Assembly (NCBI GenBank): GCA_031291795.1
Contig: JARLIJ010000021.1
Span: 12,751 to 76,750 of the forward strand
DNA from: Acetobacteraceae bacterium
Lineage (GTDB): Bacteria > Pseudomonadota > Alphaproteobacteria > Acetobacterales > Acetobacteraceae
Direction of reading: 5' to 3'
DNA length: 64,000 bases
Under the pieces are notes generated by a model. That model was given only the letters and a program-made list of their open reading frames with translations. It was not told the origin of the DNA and did no database searches. Position numbers and translations under genes: made by a program. This document shows, one piece after another, positions 19,037 through 28,270 of this stretch (the stretch's first letter is position 1; each line of letters opens with the position of its first letter).

Positions 19037-19912
19037 GTGATCACCATTGGAGGCTTGGTATTTACCCTGGTCTGCGTGTTCGGCAGCTTCACTCTGGCCG
19101 GCGGCAGTGTCATTGCCGTCGCCAAGGGGCTCCCCTTCGAGCTGCTCACCATCGGCGGCGCCGCCACCGGCTCCTTCGTCATGGCCAACAGCATGCATGT
19201 GGTGATGGCGACCCTGCGCGGATTGAAGCGGGCGATGGGGGGCACTCGCTACAAAGAGGACGAATATGTCGACCTCCTCAGCCTGCTCTACCGGTTGATC
19301 CGCCTGCTCCACAGCAAAGGCAACATCGCGATCGAAAGGCACATCGAGAGCCCCGAAGAAAGTGCCATCTTCAACGAGCACGTCAATATCCTTCGCAACA
19401 AAGAGGTGGTGCCCATCATCTGCGACTATCTTCGCATGATCGGCATGGACGCTGACGATCCTCACCAGGTCGAGGATGTCATGGCACGCGAGCTGAAGAA
19501 GACGCTCGGCGAGAAGATGCTCCCGGTCCAGGCCCTGCGGACCGTAGCGGATGGATTGCCCGCCCTTGGCATCATCGCGGCCGTCCTGGGCGTGATCAAC
19601 ACTATGACCCATATCAACGAGCCGCCGATGATCCTGGGAGGGATGATCGGGGGCGCACTGGTTGGCACGTTCCTGGGTGTGCTGCTGGCCTACTGCCTCG
19701 TTGGCCCGATGGCAGACCGGCTCAAGCAGGTGATCGAGGAGGACTCGCGGTATCTGGAAGTGATCCGTGCGACCGTCGTCTCCCACCTGCATGGCAATCC
19801 ACCACAGGTTTCCATTGAAACCGGCCGGAAGATGGTCCCGAACGAATTCATGCCGACGTTCCTCAGCCTCGAGGCGACCCTTGAACAGGCACGAGCCGTG
19901 GTTCAGTCCTAG
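19037..19912 (+). CDS. motA: Flagellar motor stator MotA
   Basis: ADGLPALGIIAAVLG, GGALVGTFLGVLLAY. Confidence 0.96.
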   Translation: MITIGGLVFTLVCVFGSFTLAGGSVIAVAKGLPFELLTIGGAATGSFVMANSMHVVMATLRGLKRAMGGTRYKEDEYVDLLSLLYRLIRLLHSKGNIAIERHIESPEESAIFNEHVNILRNKEVVPIICDYLRMIGMDADDPHQVEDVMARELKKTLGEKMLPVQALRTVADGLPALGIIAAVLGVINTMTHINEPPMILGGMIGGALVGTFLGVLLAYCLVGPMADRLKQVIEEDSRYLEVIRATVVSHLHGNPPQVSIETGRKMVPNEFMPTFLSLEATLEQARAVVQS

Positions 19913-20020
19913 CCGCCGCCCTGGCATCGGCCGATACCGTTTATGTTGAGGACAAAATGTGGCGCATCGCTATCCGGGGCGTCGTCCGGACAAATCCGGC
20001 CCAGCAAGGCACTTGAATGA

Positions 20021-20035
20021 TCAGTTCGGAACTGA
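20021..20035. promoter_or_regulatory. Palindromic operator-like site
   Basis: TCAGTTC-G-GAACTGA perfect inverted repeat, just after a CTTGAA -35-like hexamer, upstream of ORF 20083. Confidence 0.35.
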
Positions 20036-20082
20036 CCCGCCGCATGGCGTTCTGCCACCCCATGCTCCGACTTGGAGCGGGT

Positions 20083-20631
20083 ATGCGGCGCATCGCCATG
20101 TCGACGCTGGTGTTGACGTCTCTCACGGCACCGGGCCAGGTGGCGAAGGCGTCCGAACCGCCACCCAACACCAGCCGCTCAGTCCAACCCGGCGACCCGC
20201 TGTCGTCGATCGCAGGCAGCAGCAACGCCTGGTCCGTTTCGCGGATCGAGACCGGCTGCTACCTGATTTCGCCGCGCCGGAGCGGCAGCAGCAGCCTGGC
20301 AATCGGGCGGCACGCCACGCTGGGGCTCGGGCTGTTCCTGGTGAACTTCGCACTGGCAGAACCGGTCGGGGGGCCGGGAGAGCCCGTGGTGATCCGCGCC
20401 CAAGACCAGGACCTCACTGGTACTGCGCGGCGGGTCGGCTTCCGGTCCTTGTTCGTCCCGTTAAGTGATGCATCTGTGGAATTAAGCCTGCAGGAGCTCC
20501 AGGACGCCGGCAGGCTTTGGGTCATGCTGAAGCACACATGGGTCGCGCATGATGGTCAAGGGATCGCGGCAGCCCTTGCAGATTATCGCCGGACCTGCGT
20601 CGCCGACGGCGCCGCGCCCGGGCAAAAATAA
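20083..20631 (+). CDS. Hypothetical exported protein
   Basis: SD GGAG, signal-peptide-like MRRIAMSTLVLTSLTAPGQVAKA, two Cys in the mature part. Confidence 0.65.
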   Translation: MRRIAMSTLVLTSLTAPGQVAKASEPPPNTSRSVQPGDPLSSIAGSSNAWSVSRIETGCYLISPRRSGSSSLAIGRHATLGLGLFLVNFALAEPVGGPGEPVVIRAQDQDLTGTARRVGFRSLFVPLSDASVELSLQELQDAGRLWVMLKHTWVAHDGQGIAAALADYRRTCVADGAAPGQK

Positions 20632-20654
20632 CGGCGCGGTGATGCGCCGCGCCG
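20632..20654. terminator. GC hairpin between convergent genes
   Basis: CGGCGCGG-TGATGCG-CCGCGCCG. Confidence 0.5.
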
Positions 20655-20688
20655 AAGCCGTCCCGCGGGTTATAGGAAGGCGTCTTGC

Positions 20689-21093
20689 CTACATCCGCGA
20701 CAGGAAAGCGTAAGCGTCCGCGGGACGGGCCGGCACCTGGCTGCCGTCTGGCTGATAATTCGGCGCCTCAAGCGCACGTCCACGCGGAACAGCCTGCGCG
20801 ATCGTCTGGATCAACTGCATCTGAAGGGCCAACCCCCGCTCGATCGCGGTCCGGTTCGCGTCCCCGAGTTCAATCAGGCGCTGTACGCTGTCCCTCAGTG
20901 TCTCGGAGTCCACCACGCTCAATGCCGTCGCATCGATCCCGCCTGCAAGCGCACCCTGCAGAGCCGCGACAGCATCGCGCTTGCGGGGCAGCAGCCGAAC
21001 AGCCGCAGGCAGGTCGAGCGCATCCAGCAACGCGTTCTCCTCCGCCAGCACCTCATTCAGCTTGTCGGTAAGCGCGATCAAATCTTCAGTCAT
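20689..21093 (-). CDS. FlgN-like flagellar chaperone
   Basis: LNEVLAEENALL...LLPRKR...N helical pattern; last gene of the flgI-flgJ unit. Confidence 0.7.
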   Translation of the reverse strand: MTEDLIALTDKLNEVLAEENALLDALDLPAAVRLLPRKRDAVAALQGALAGGIDATALSVVDSETLRDSVQRLIELGDANRTAIERGLALQMQLIQTIAQAVPRGRALEAPNYQPDGSQVPARPADAYAFLSRM

Positions 21094-21403
21094 CCTTGGC
21101 CTCCTGGAGTCGCAGCATTTCCTTCAGGACCGCATCGGCGATGCCGAGGCCGCCGCTCTTTGCAATCGACTTCGCCATTTCGTCCACCATCAGCGGCTTC
21201 CAGGTCGCCTCGCCCGCACCGCCACCAAACAGACCCTTCGAGGTATCCACGGTAGCGAACATCGGCTTCAGCATCTCGCCCAGCGCCATGGCCTCAAAGT
21301 CCTGGGCGGCCTTCCGCGTCTTCGCGATCTGCTCGGGTGAAAGTGTCTTTCCGGCGGGGACCGTGGCGGCCGGTGTGGTCGCGCTTATCCCTTCGGTCAT
21401 CAC
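21086..21403 (-). CDS. flgJ: Rod-binding protein (short FlgJ lacking muramidase domain)
   Basis: AAQDFEAM..EMLKPM, FGGGAGE, GGLGIADAV. Confidence 0.88.
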   Translation of the reverse strand: MMTEGISATTPAATVPAGKTLSPEQIAKTRKAAQDFEAMALGEMLKPMFATVDTSKGLFGGGAGEATWKPLMVDEMAKSIAKSGGLGIADAVLKEMLRLQEAKDD

Positions 21404-22542
21404 CGCACCTCCAGATCGGCCTGCAGCGCCCCTGCGGCCTTGATCGCCTGCAGGATGCTGATGATATCGCGCGGCCCGACGCCCAGCGCGTTCATGTTGC
21501 GCACCAGCTCCTGCAGCGTCACCGCCTTGCGCAAAATGCCAAGTCGCCTGTCGCTCTGATCATCAACCTGGATGTTGGTGCGCGGGACAACCGCGGTCGT
21601 GCCGTTGGACAGCGGGCCAGGCTGGCTCACCTGCGGCGTCTCCGTGACGCGAATCGTCAGGTTCCCCTGCGCAACCGCCACGGTGGAGATCACGACGTTG
21701 GCGCCCATCACGATGATCCCGGATGCCTCGTCGATCACAACCTTCGCGCCGTTGTCCGGCTCGATCGGAAGCTGCTGGATACGAGAGAGAGTCGCGACGA
21801 CATCCATCCCCTGGAGGTTCAATGCTACCGTACGGGGATCCGTGGCCTTGGCGACGCCGCCACCCATCTCCCGGTTCACCGCGGCCGCGATACGCATCGC
21901 GGTGGTCAGGTCCGGATTGTGGAGCCCCAGGCGGGGTGTCGTCATCCGCCCGAGTTCGAACGGGATTTCCTTCTCGATCGTGGCCCCATTGGCGATCCGC
22001 CCGGACGTCGGCACGCCACGGGTGACCGACTGTGCCTGTCCGCGTGCCGAGATCGCACCGGTCGAGACCGCTCCCTGCGCCACGGCATGCACCTCTCCAT
22101 CGGCGCCCAGCAGAGGGGTCACCAGAAGGCTTCCGCCGGTCAGATTGGTCGCATCGCCCAGAGCGGCAACAGTCACATCGATACGCTCGCCGGGCTTGAT
22201 GAAGGCTGGCATGGTGGCAGTCACCATCACAGCGGCGACATCCTTGGTATCCAGACTTTGTGCCTGGTCGCGCGTATTCACGCCAAGACGCTCCAGCATG
22301 CTGACCAGCGACTCGCGGGTGAACGGGGCATTGTGCAGCTTGTCACCCGTGGTGTTCAGGCCCGCAACGATGCCATAACCCACAAGTTGGTTGTCGCGCA
22401 CACCTTCTACGTTGGTCACGTCCTTGATGCGTGTCTGGCCCGATGCGCCATGCGGCATGGCTGCCATCACGGCAAGCAGCAGCATCGCCACCCAACTGCG
22501 CGTCCTGGAGCGTCGGTTCGTTATGATCCCGGCTTCAACCAA
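21400..22542 (-). CDS. flgI: Flagellar P-ring protein FlgI
   Basis: RIKD..VEGVRDNQLVGYGIVAGLNTTGD; C-terminal ILQAIKAAGALQADL. Confidence 0.97.
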   Translation of the reverse strand: MVEAGIITNRRSRTRSWVAMLLLAVMAAMPHGASGQTRIKDVTNVEGVRDNQLVGYGIVAGLNTTGDKLHNAPFTRESLVSMLERLGVNTRDQAQSLDTKDVAAVMVTATMPAFIKPGERIDVTVAALGDATNLTGGSLLVTPLLGADGEVHAVAQGAVSTGAISARGQAQSVTRGVPTSGRIANGATIEKEIPFELGRMTTPRLGLHNPDLTTAMRIAAAVNREMGGGVAKATDPRTVALNLQGMDVVATLSRIQQLPIEPDNGAKVVIDEASGIIVMGANVVISTVAVAQGNLTIRVTETPQVSQPGPLSNGTTAVVPRTNIQVDDQSDRRLGILRKAVTLQELVRNMNALGVGPRDIISILQAIKAAGALQADLEVR

Positions 22543-22672
22543 TTCGATTCCACCATGACCCGTTGGGGGTGGTCCAGTCTGTAGTGCAGTTGGTGGTGCC
22601 CAGCCGTGCTCGGTACCGCGAATGCACCTGAACGATTATATAAGAAGGCGGGCAGAAAACGGGGACCGACCG

Positions 22673-23410
22673 ATGGAGAATCCAGGCTACATCGCATTAT
22701 CGCGGATGGTGGCGCAGCAGCGGGCGCTCGACGTGCGCGCAAGCAACATTGCGAACGCCGACACGCCCGGATTCAAAGCGGAAAGCGTGATGTTCTCCGA
22801 CTACCTGGTACAGCAGAAAGGCCTGTCGATGCCGCCAGGCAGCCGGGCCGTGCAAATGGTCCAGGACCGCGCGACCTGGCGTGATCCCCAGCAAGGTCAG
22901 ATGGTGAAGACAGGCAACACGCTGGATCTGGCTCTGCGGAGCGACGGGCTCTTTGCCGTCCAGACACCGCGCGGACAGCGCTACACGCGGGCGGGGCGCT
23001 TCTCGCTGTCTCCCAGCGGCCAGATCGTGGACATGGGCGGCAACACATTGCTGGGCACGGATGGCCGTCCAATCATCGTGCCGCCAGACAGTACCAACCT
23101 TACCGTCGCGAGCGACGGCACCATCAGCACGGATGACGGCCCGATAGGCAAGTTCCGTATCGTCCAGTTCGACGACCAACAATCCATGCAGGCCGAAGGC
23201 AATTTGTTACTTAATACCAGCCAACCCGCCCGCGCCATGGCCCAGCCCGATGTCGTGCAAGGCGCGGTCGAGGGGGCCAACGTGCAGCCCATCACGCAAT
23301 TGACCCAAATGATGAGCGAAACGCGGGACTTCGAGTTTGCCTCCCAGTTTATCGATGCTGAAGGAAAGCGGGAACAGTCTGCCATCGATCGGATCGGCCA
23401 CAAGGGATGA
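22673..23410 (+). CDS. flgF: Flagellar basal body rod protein FlgF
   Basis: MENPGYIALSR, NIANADTPGFK, TGNTLDLAL, YTRAGRF. Confidence 0.94.
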   Translation: MENPGYIALSRMVAQQRALDVRASNIANADTPGFKAESVMFSDYLVQQKGLSMPPGSRAVQMVQDRATWRDPQQGQMVKTGNTLDLALRSDGLFAVQTPRGQRYTRAGRFSLSPSGQIVDMGGNTLLGTDGRPIIVPPDSTNLTVASDGTISTDDGPIGKFRIVQFDDQQSMQAEGNLLLNTSQPARAMAQPDVVQGAVEGANVQPITQLTQMMSETRDFEFASQFIDAEGKREQSAIDRIGHKG

Positions 23411-23491
23411 CCTTGTGGCCGTTATCGCGGCGTCACCTATAACTCCCAGTGGATAAGCCCCCGTTCCAAACGGGATAGGAGAACTGGAAGC

Positions 23492-24277
23492 ATGCGATCA
23501 CTGGACATTGCCGCCACTGGCATGCAAGCGCAGCAGACCAATGTTGAGGTTATCTCGAACAACATCGCGAACCTGAACACGACCGGATACAAGCGCCAGC
23601 GTGTCGAATTCCAGGATCTACTCTACCAGAATTTGCGTCGGGTCGGGTCCACCAGCAGCGATTCCGGAACCGTGGTGCCTTCCGGTGCGCAGGTCGGGCT
23701 GGGTGTGAAGACCGCGGCGGTTTACCGCATCGATGAGCAAGGCAACCTGCAGCAGACCTCGAACCAGTTCGACCTGGCCATCAGCGGCAACGGCTTCCTC
23801 CAGGTTACGCTTCCATCCGGCGACACGGCCTATACCCGCGATGGCACCCTTGCACTCTCGCCCAGCGGCGAGATCGTCACCGCGGATGGCTACGTCGTGC
23901 AGCCCGGCATCACCGTTCCCACGAATGCGACGGCGGTCACCATCAACGCCAGCGGCGAGGTGCTGGCGACCGTTGCCGGCCAGCTCGCGCAGCAGAACGT
24001 CGGCCAGATCCAGCTTGCTGCATTTCCGAACGATGCAGGCCTGGAGGCCACCGGCGGCAGCCTGTATCTGGCTACCCCCGCCAGCGGCACGTCCACGACC
24101 GGCATTCCCGGTACGGTCGGGTTCGGCAGCGTGATGCAGGGCTTCGTCGAGACGTCGAACGTGAATGTCGTCAGCGAGATGTCCAACCTGATCACTGCAC
24201 AGCGGGCCTACGAAATGAACAGCCGGGTCATTTCCGCGAGCGACGAGATGCTTTCAACCATCGCCAAGCTGCAGTGA
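23492..24277 (+). CDS. flgG: Flagellar distal rod protein FlgG
   Basis: SNNIANLNTTGYKRQRVEFQDLLYQ, ETSNVNVV, AQRAYEMNS. Confidence 0.97.
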   Translation: MRSLDIAATGMQAQQTNVEVISNNIANLNTTGYKRQRVEFQDLLYQNLRRVGSTSSDSGTVVPSGAQVGLGVKTAAVYRIDEQGNLQQTSNQFDLAISGNGFLQVTLPSGDTAYTRDGTLALSPSGEIVTADGYVVQPGITVPTNATAVTINASGEVLATVAGQLAQQNVGQIQLAAFPNDAGLEATGGSLYLATPASGTSTTGIPGTVGFGSVMQGFVETSNVNVVSEMSNLITAQRAYEMNSRVISASDEMLSTIAKLQ

Positions 24278-24280
24278 CAT

Positions 24281-25273
24281 ATGCAACGGGTGGCCAAAAC
24301 GGTTCTCCTGGCACTGCTCTGCGGCCTCTTCAGCGCCCACCTGTATGCCAAGACGGCAGCCCAGTTGAAGCTGCAGGTCACGCTTGATGCCGGCGTCATC
24401 AAGGTTGCCGATATCTGGGGAGACGCCGGCGCGAAGGCTGATACAGTCATAGGTCCGGCCCCGCCACCTGGTCGTTCCATCGCAATCGAGGCCGGGCAAC
24501 TCGCCTACATCGCGCATCTGTACGACGTGAACTGGCGGCCGATTTCCGGCGTTGAGCGAACCACGGTCGAACGCGCCGGCCGGCCCCTGACCCATGACGA
24601 AGTCTCGGAACCAGTGCGGCGCAGCCTCGTGGAAGCCGGCGCCCCGCCGAACGTTACGGTCGAACTCGCGAATGTCGCGCCAATCCTGGTTCCACCATTG
24701 TCTTTCCCGCTCGTTTCGGCCGAGGCCGTTGCCTACGATCTGGCGGCGGAACGGTTTTCCGCCGATCTGGTCATCTCGACCGATGGCATGCAGACACAGC
24801 GGATGCGTGTCTCCGGCAAGATTTTGCAGATGGTGACCGCCGTCGTCGCGGCCCGCCGGCTGGAACCCGGCGACGTAATCACCGCAGCCGACGTGCGTGC
24901 CATGCCAGTGGCCGAACGGCGGGCGGTCGGAGTGTTGGCGAGCAATATCTCCGAGGTAGTGGGGCAGACGCCCAAGCGCACGATCGTCGCGGGCCAACCC
25001 GTGGCAACCGCGGACGTGGGGCCGCCGGTCATGGTGCCCAAGGGCGCGACCGTGGTCCTGCTCCTTGAGACGCCAAACATGTCGCTGGCATCACAAGGTC
25101 TGGCGCTGGGCGCAGGCGGGCGCGACGACGTGATCCAGGTCATGAACCCGATCTCCCGTGCGGTTGTCGCCGCACGCGTGACCGGCGCCGGTCGGGCCGT
25201 CGTGCTACCCGGTAGCACACCCATTGTGCCGCCAGCCCGCGCAACTCCACGAAATCCGGAGGTCATGAACTGA
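24281..25273 (+). CDS. flgA: P-ring formation chaperone FlgA
   Basis: Signal peptide, SAF-like C-terminus (VPKGATV...GLALGAG...VMNPISR); located between flgG and flgH. Confidence 0.9.
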   Translation: MQRVAKTVLLALLCGLFSAHLYAKTAAQLKLQVTLDAGVIKVADIWGDAGAKADTVIGPAPPPGRSIAIEAGQLAYIAHLYDVNWRPISGVERTTVERAGRPLTHDEVSEPVRRSLVEAGAPPNVTVELANVAPILVPPLSFPLVSAEAVAYDLAAERFSADLVISTDGMQTQRMRVSGKILQMVTAVVAARRLEPGDVITAADVRAMPVAERRAVGVLASNISEVVGQTPKRTIVAGQPVATADVGPPVMVPKGATVVLLLETPNMSLASQGLALGAGGRDDVIQVMNPISRAVVAARVTGAGRAVVLPGSTPIVPPARATPRNPEVMN

Positions 25274-26013
25274 TGGTCCGCATACCCTCCATCCTGGTGG
25301 CTGCGTCCCTGTTGTTGCAGGGTTGCACGGGCCTGCAGCGGCTTGGAGAGATCGGCTCGCCGCCGGGAATGACACCATCCTCCGACCCGACCAAAGATCC
25401 GAAATGGCACCCGGTCACACTGCCGATGCCGCACCAGGACGATGGGCCGCCCACGGCCGCCAGCCTGTGGCGCCCCGGCGCCCATACTTTCTTCACCGAT
25501 CCACGCGCGGCCCAGGTTGGTGACATCTTGACGGTGGTGGTCAACATCGCGGATTCCGCGGTGCTGAACAACGGTACCACGGCAACCCGGACCGGCAGTC
25601 AGGTGATGGGCGCACCCGATCTGTTCGGCCTGCAATCGGCCATCAAGCATGTACTCCCAAGTGGGGCCGACCTCAGCAAAATAGTTTCCACCAATACCGC
25701 CGGCTCACAGGTCGGCGTCGGCAACATCACCCGCAATGAGGCCGTGGCGCTCCGGGTGGCCGCAGTGGTCACGCAGGTTCTGCCCAACGGCAATCTGGCC
25801 GTCGTCGGGAGTCAGGAAGTCCGCGTCAATTCCGAGTTGCGGGACCTGGTGCTGTCCGGCATCGTTCGTCCACAGGATATCACGGCCGACAACACTGTTC
25901 TGCATGACAGGATGGCCGAGGCGCGAATCAGCTATGGCGGACGCGGCCAGTTGACCGACGTGCAGACCGCTCGCTACGGACAGCAGATATTGGACATCGT
26001 GAGCCCGTTCTGA
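25273..26013 (+). CDS. flgH: Flagellar L-ring lipoprotein FlgH
   Basis: Lipobox LQGC, DPRAAQVGDILTV, VLPNGNL, GIVRPQDI, AEARISYGG. Confidence 0.97.
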   Translation: MVRIPSILVAASLLLQGCTGLQRLGEIGSPPGMTPSSDPTKDPKWHPVTLPMPHQDDGPPTAASLWRPGAHTFFTDPRAAQVGDILTVVVNIADSAVLNNGTTATRTGSQVMGAPDLFGLQSAIKHVLPSGADLSKIVSTNTAGSQVGVGNITRNEAVALRVAAVVTQVLPNGNLAVVGSQEVRVNSELRDLVLSGIVRPQDITADNTVLHDRMAEARISYGGRGQLTDVQTARYGQQILDIVSPF

Positions 26014-26143
26014 CCGCACGGCCTTGCCGTCGATCCGTCCTCGCTCACCGTTTCATCATTTTGACGAGCCGCGCGCGTCGACGGGATAAGGGGCGGCGGC
26101 AACCAACGATCATGCGGCGCTGTCGGACGCTCCTGCGCCGCCG

Positions 26144-27616
26144 TTATTCGGCCGGGACCATGATGGCTCCGCCGCGCGTCGACAACATGTTTTTCGCAGC
26201 GAGCAATGCCCCGTCGATGGCTGCACGCCGGTAGTTCCACAGCGCTTCAGCAGACGGCGGCACAATCGCCATCGAAGCGTTTGCCTCGAACACTATGACC
26301 TGACCATCGGTCCCAAGTGCGAAGTCGATTCCACCATAGTCCAGGCCGAGCCGCTGGGCGACCGCGGTCAGCGCGGCGACGGCGCGCTGGCCCAGGAAGG
26401 CTGGCATGTCGGAGAGGAAACGTGCTTCTTCGGCGCGATGGCTTTCACAATCGGACATCTCAGCCGTAAAGTAGTGGACCTTCCAGTTTTTTGAGACCGC
26501 CCAGTGCAGGGGATAGAGTTGGCGGTCCACAATCAACACGCGGCCCTTCCGCGACCTGCCGTCGTCGCCCGTCGCGTCGAGGTATTCGATCGCCAGCACT
26601 GCCGCGCCAGGAAGCGCCGCAACTGCCGCGGAAAGATCGTCGGCAGTGTCGACTCGCACGAAGTGACGGCCCGTGTGATAGCCAGGCGCTCGGAGCAACA
26701 CCGGCCATCCGAAACCGCCGGAGGCGAGCACGCGTGCCCCATCGGGACCGGCCAGGTGCTCACGCAACAGCAGTGTGCAGCGTGGCGTGACCACGCCGGG
26801 AACTTTCCCTAGCCGGTCCGCGTTCCGTGCGCGCCCGGTCTTCAACACCATCGCTGGATGGTTGATGACGGGAGCCGTCGTCCTGTCCAGCAACGCCGTC
26901 GCCGCCACCAACGCCGTGCCGCACAGGTCGGCGTCGCCGATCGCGTTCAGCACCAGATCATGTGGCGGCAATGTCAGCGCGGGCGTGTAGAACTCCATCG
27001 CCACGGTCGTGACTGCGAACAGCCGGTCGTCGAGGAAGATACGTGCCGGCACGTTGCCATGGGCAACCGAGACGAGCATCAGGACGCGGATCGGCTGTCC
27101 GGGGCCACGATATGGCCAGGTATTCAACACCCGATCGCGATAGCCCAATTTCCAGTGGTGCTCTGCCCCCACCGCATCGCCGCATTCTGCGAGCACGTTG
27201 CCCAGGCCCTGGTGGGCTTCAGGGAAACCAGGGGCGAGGTCCAGCGCGATCTCGTAGTGTCGGCGTGCGGTCGCCAGATCTCCCGCTTCCCGCAGAAGAT
27301 TGCCGAGGTTCACATGGCCGACGGGCTGCTCGGGATGGCAGGCGATGGCCTGGGCATAGGTGGTGCGCGCAGCGCCATGATAGCCGGTCCGATAGAGCAG
27401 CGCGCCGAAACCATTCAAGGTCGCAGCATGGTCCGGCTGCACAGCGAGGGCAGCCAGATAACACTGCCGCGCATCATCATCGCAGCCGAGCGCATCGAGC
27501 AGGACGGCGCGCTCGAAATTCAGCTGGGCAGTGGCCTCACCCGCGGCAAGGCGCGCCTCGGTCTCCGAAAGCGCATTCAACCGAACCTGGCGGATCACGG
27601 ACATCGACACCGTCAT
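26144..27616 (-). CDS. TPR-repeat protein with C-terminal ATP-grasp (RimK-like) domain
   Basis: About 4 TPRs (HVNLGNLL, AHQGLGNVL); VINHP, WPVLLR..GYHTG, GLDYGGIDF, VFEAN. Confidence 0.8.
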   Translation of the reverse strand: MTVSMSVIRQVRLNALSETEARLAAGEATAQLNFERAVLLDALGCDDDARQCYLAALAVQPDHAATLNGFGALLYRTGYHGAARTTYAQAIACHPEQPVGHVNLGNLLREAGDLATARRHYEIALDLAPGFPEAHQGLGNVLAECGDAVGAEHHWKLGYRDRVLNTWPYRGPGQPIRVLMLVSVAHGNVPARIFLDDRLFAVTTVAMEFYTPALTLPPHDLVLNAIGDADLCGTALVAATALLDRTTAPVINHPAMVLKTGRARNADRLGKVPGVVTPRCTLLLREHLAGPDGARVLASGGFGWPVLLRAPGYHTGRHFVRVDTADDLSAAVAALPGAAVLAIEYLDATGDDGRSRKGRVLIVDRQLYPLHWAVSKNWKVHYFTAEMSDCESHRAEEARFLSDMPAFLGQRAVAALTAVAQRLGLDYGGIDFALGTDGQVIVFEANASMAIVPPSAEALWNYRRAAIDGALLAAKNMLSTRGGAIMVPAE

Positions 27617-27753
27617 CCGGCTTTCCTGAAAGCCATGGCAGATCTGCCCCTTGCTACCGCCCCATCGAACACTTACCCGGTCTGGATCAGGCCTGCTCGG
27701 TTTCAGCCGAGACGGCTCCTTCAGGCACGGTGCGGGGCTGCAGGAAGTCGTTC

Positions 27754-27993
27754 CTATGCAGCTGCCATGCTGAATGTTACGTGGGTACCATCGGACAGCA
27801 CGATGGTTTTCCGGGACGCGTCGTTGGAGGCGACCTGCGCCGATCCGCCGCCAACCCGAAGGAAGCCACCGAGCAGACCGACATCACGCTGCGCAAACAA
27901 GTCTCCACGGTCGTGGCGCAGATTTCGTGAATCATCCGCTAGGGACAGGTTGTCGCTGGACACCGCCAGGTTGCCTGGGTTCAGGTGATGCAC
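27754..27993 (-). CDS. Small protein (79 aa) ending in an RTX/T1SS-substrate-like C-terminal motif
   Basis: SD AGGAG before GTG; CCTATAT element at 28029-28035; C-terminus TIVLSDGTHVTF. Confidence 0.55.
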   Translation of the reverse strand: MHHLNPGNLAVSSDNLSLADDSRNLRHDRGDLFAQRDVGLLGGFLRVGGGSAQVASNDASRKTIVLSDGTHVTFSMAAA

Positions 27994-28270
27994 GTTGGAT
28001 TCTCCTGCGGTCTATCGCGTCATGAGTCATATAGGCGTTGCGACCAGAACGCCCACACGTCCGCCTCCCTGATGTCTCCCAATCGCCCCGAACCGCTGTT
28101 GCCGGACCGGACACATGCTCGGAGCAGTCCGGATTTCAGATCCGACTGATATCGGCGACAATAGCGACCGAGGCATCGATTTCTTATTTCTGCCACGTTG
28201 ATTATATCTTGCTTTAGGACCGCCGATGGGATCGGTCTGATTGTCTTTGTAGCTAACTGGAGTTCGTTTG

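Noticed and set aside
22610-22626. GG-N10-GC sigma54-like boxes upstream of flgF, and similar ones at 7939-7955 and 36313-36329
   Set aside because: None has the full TGGCAC-N5-TTGC consensus and such matches are frequent at this GC content; not called, but they remain a caveat for the sigma54-independence hypothesis
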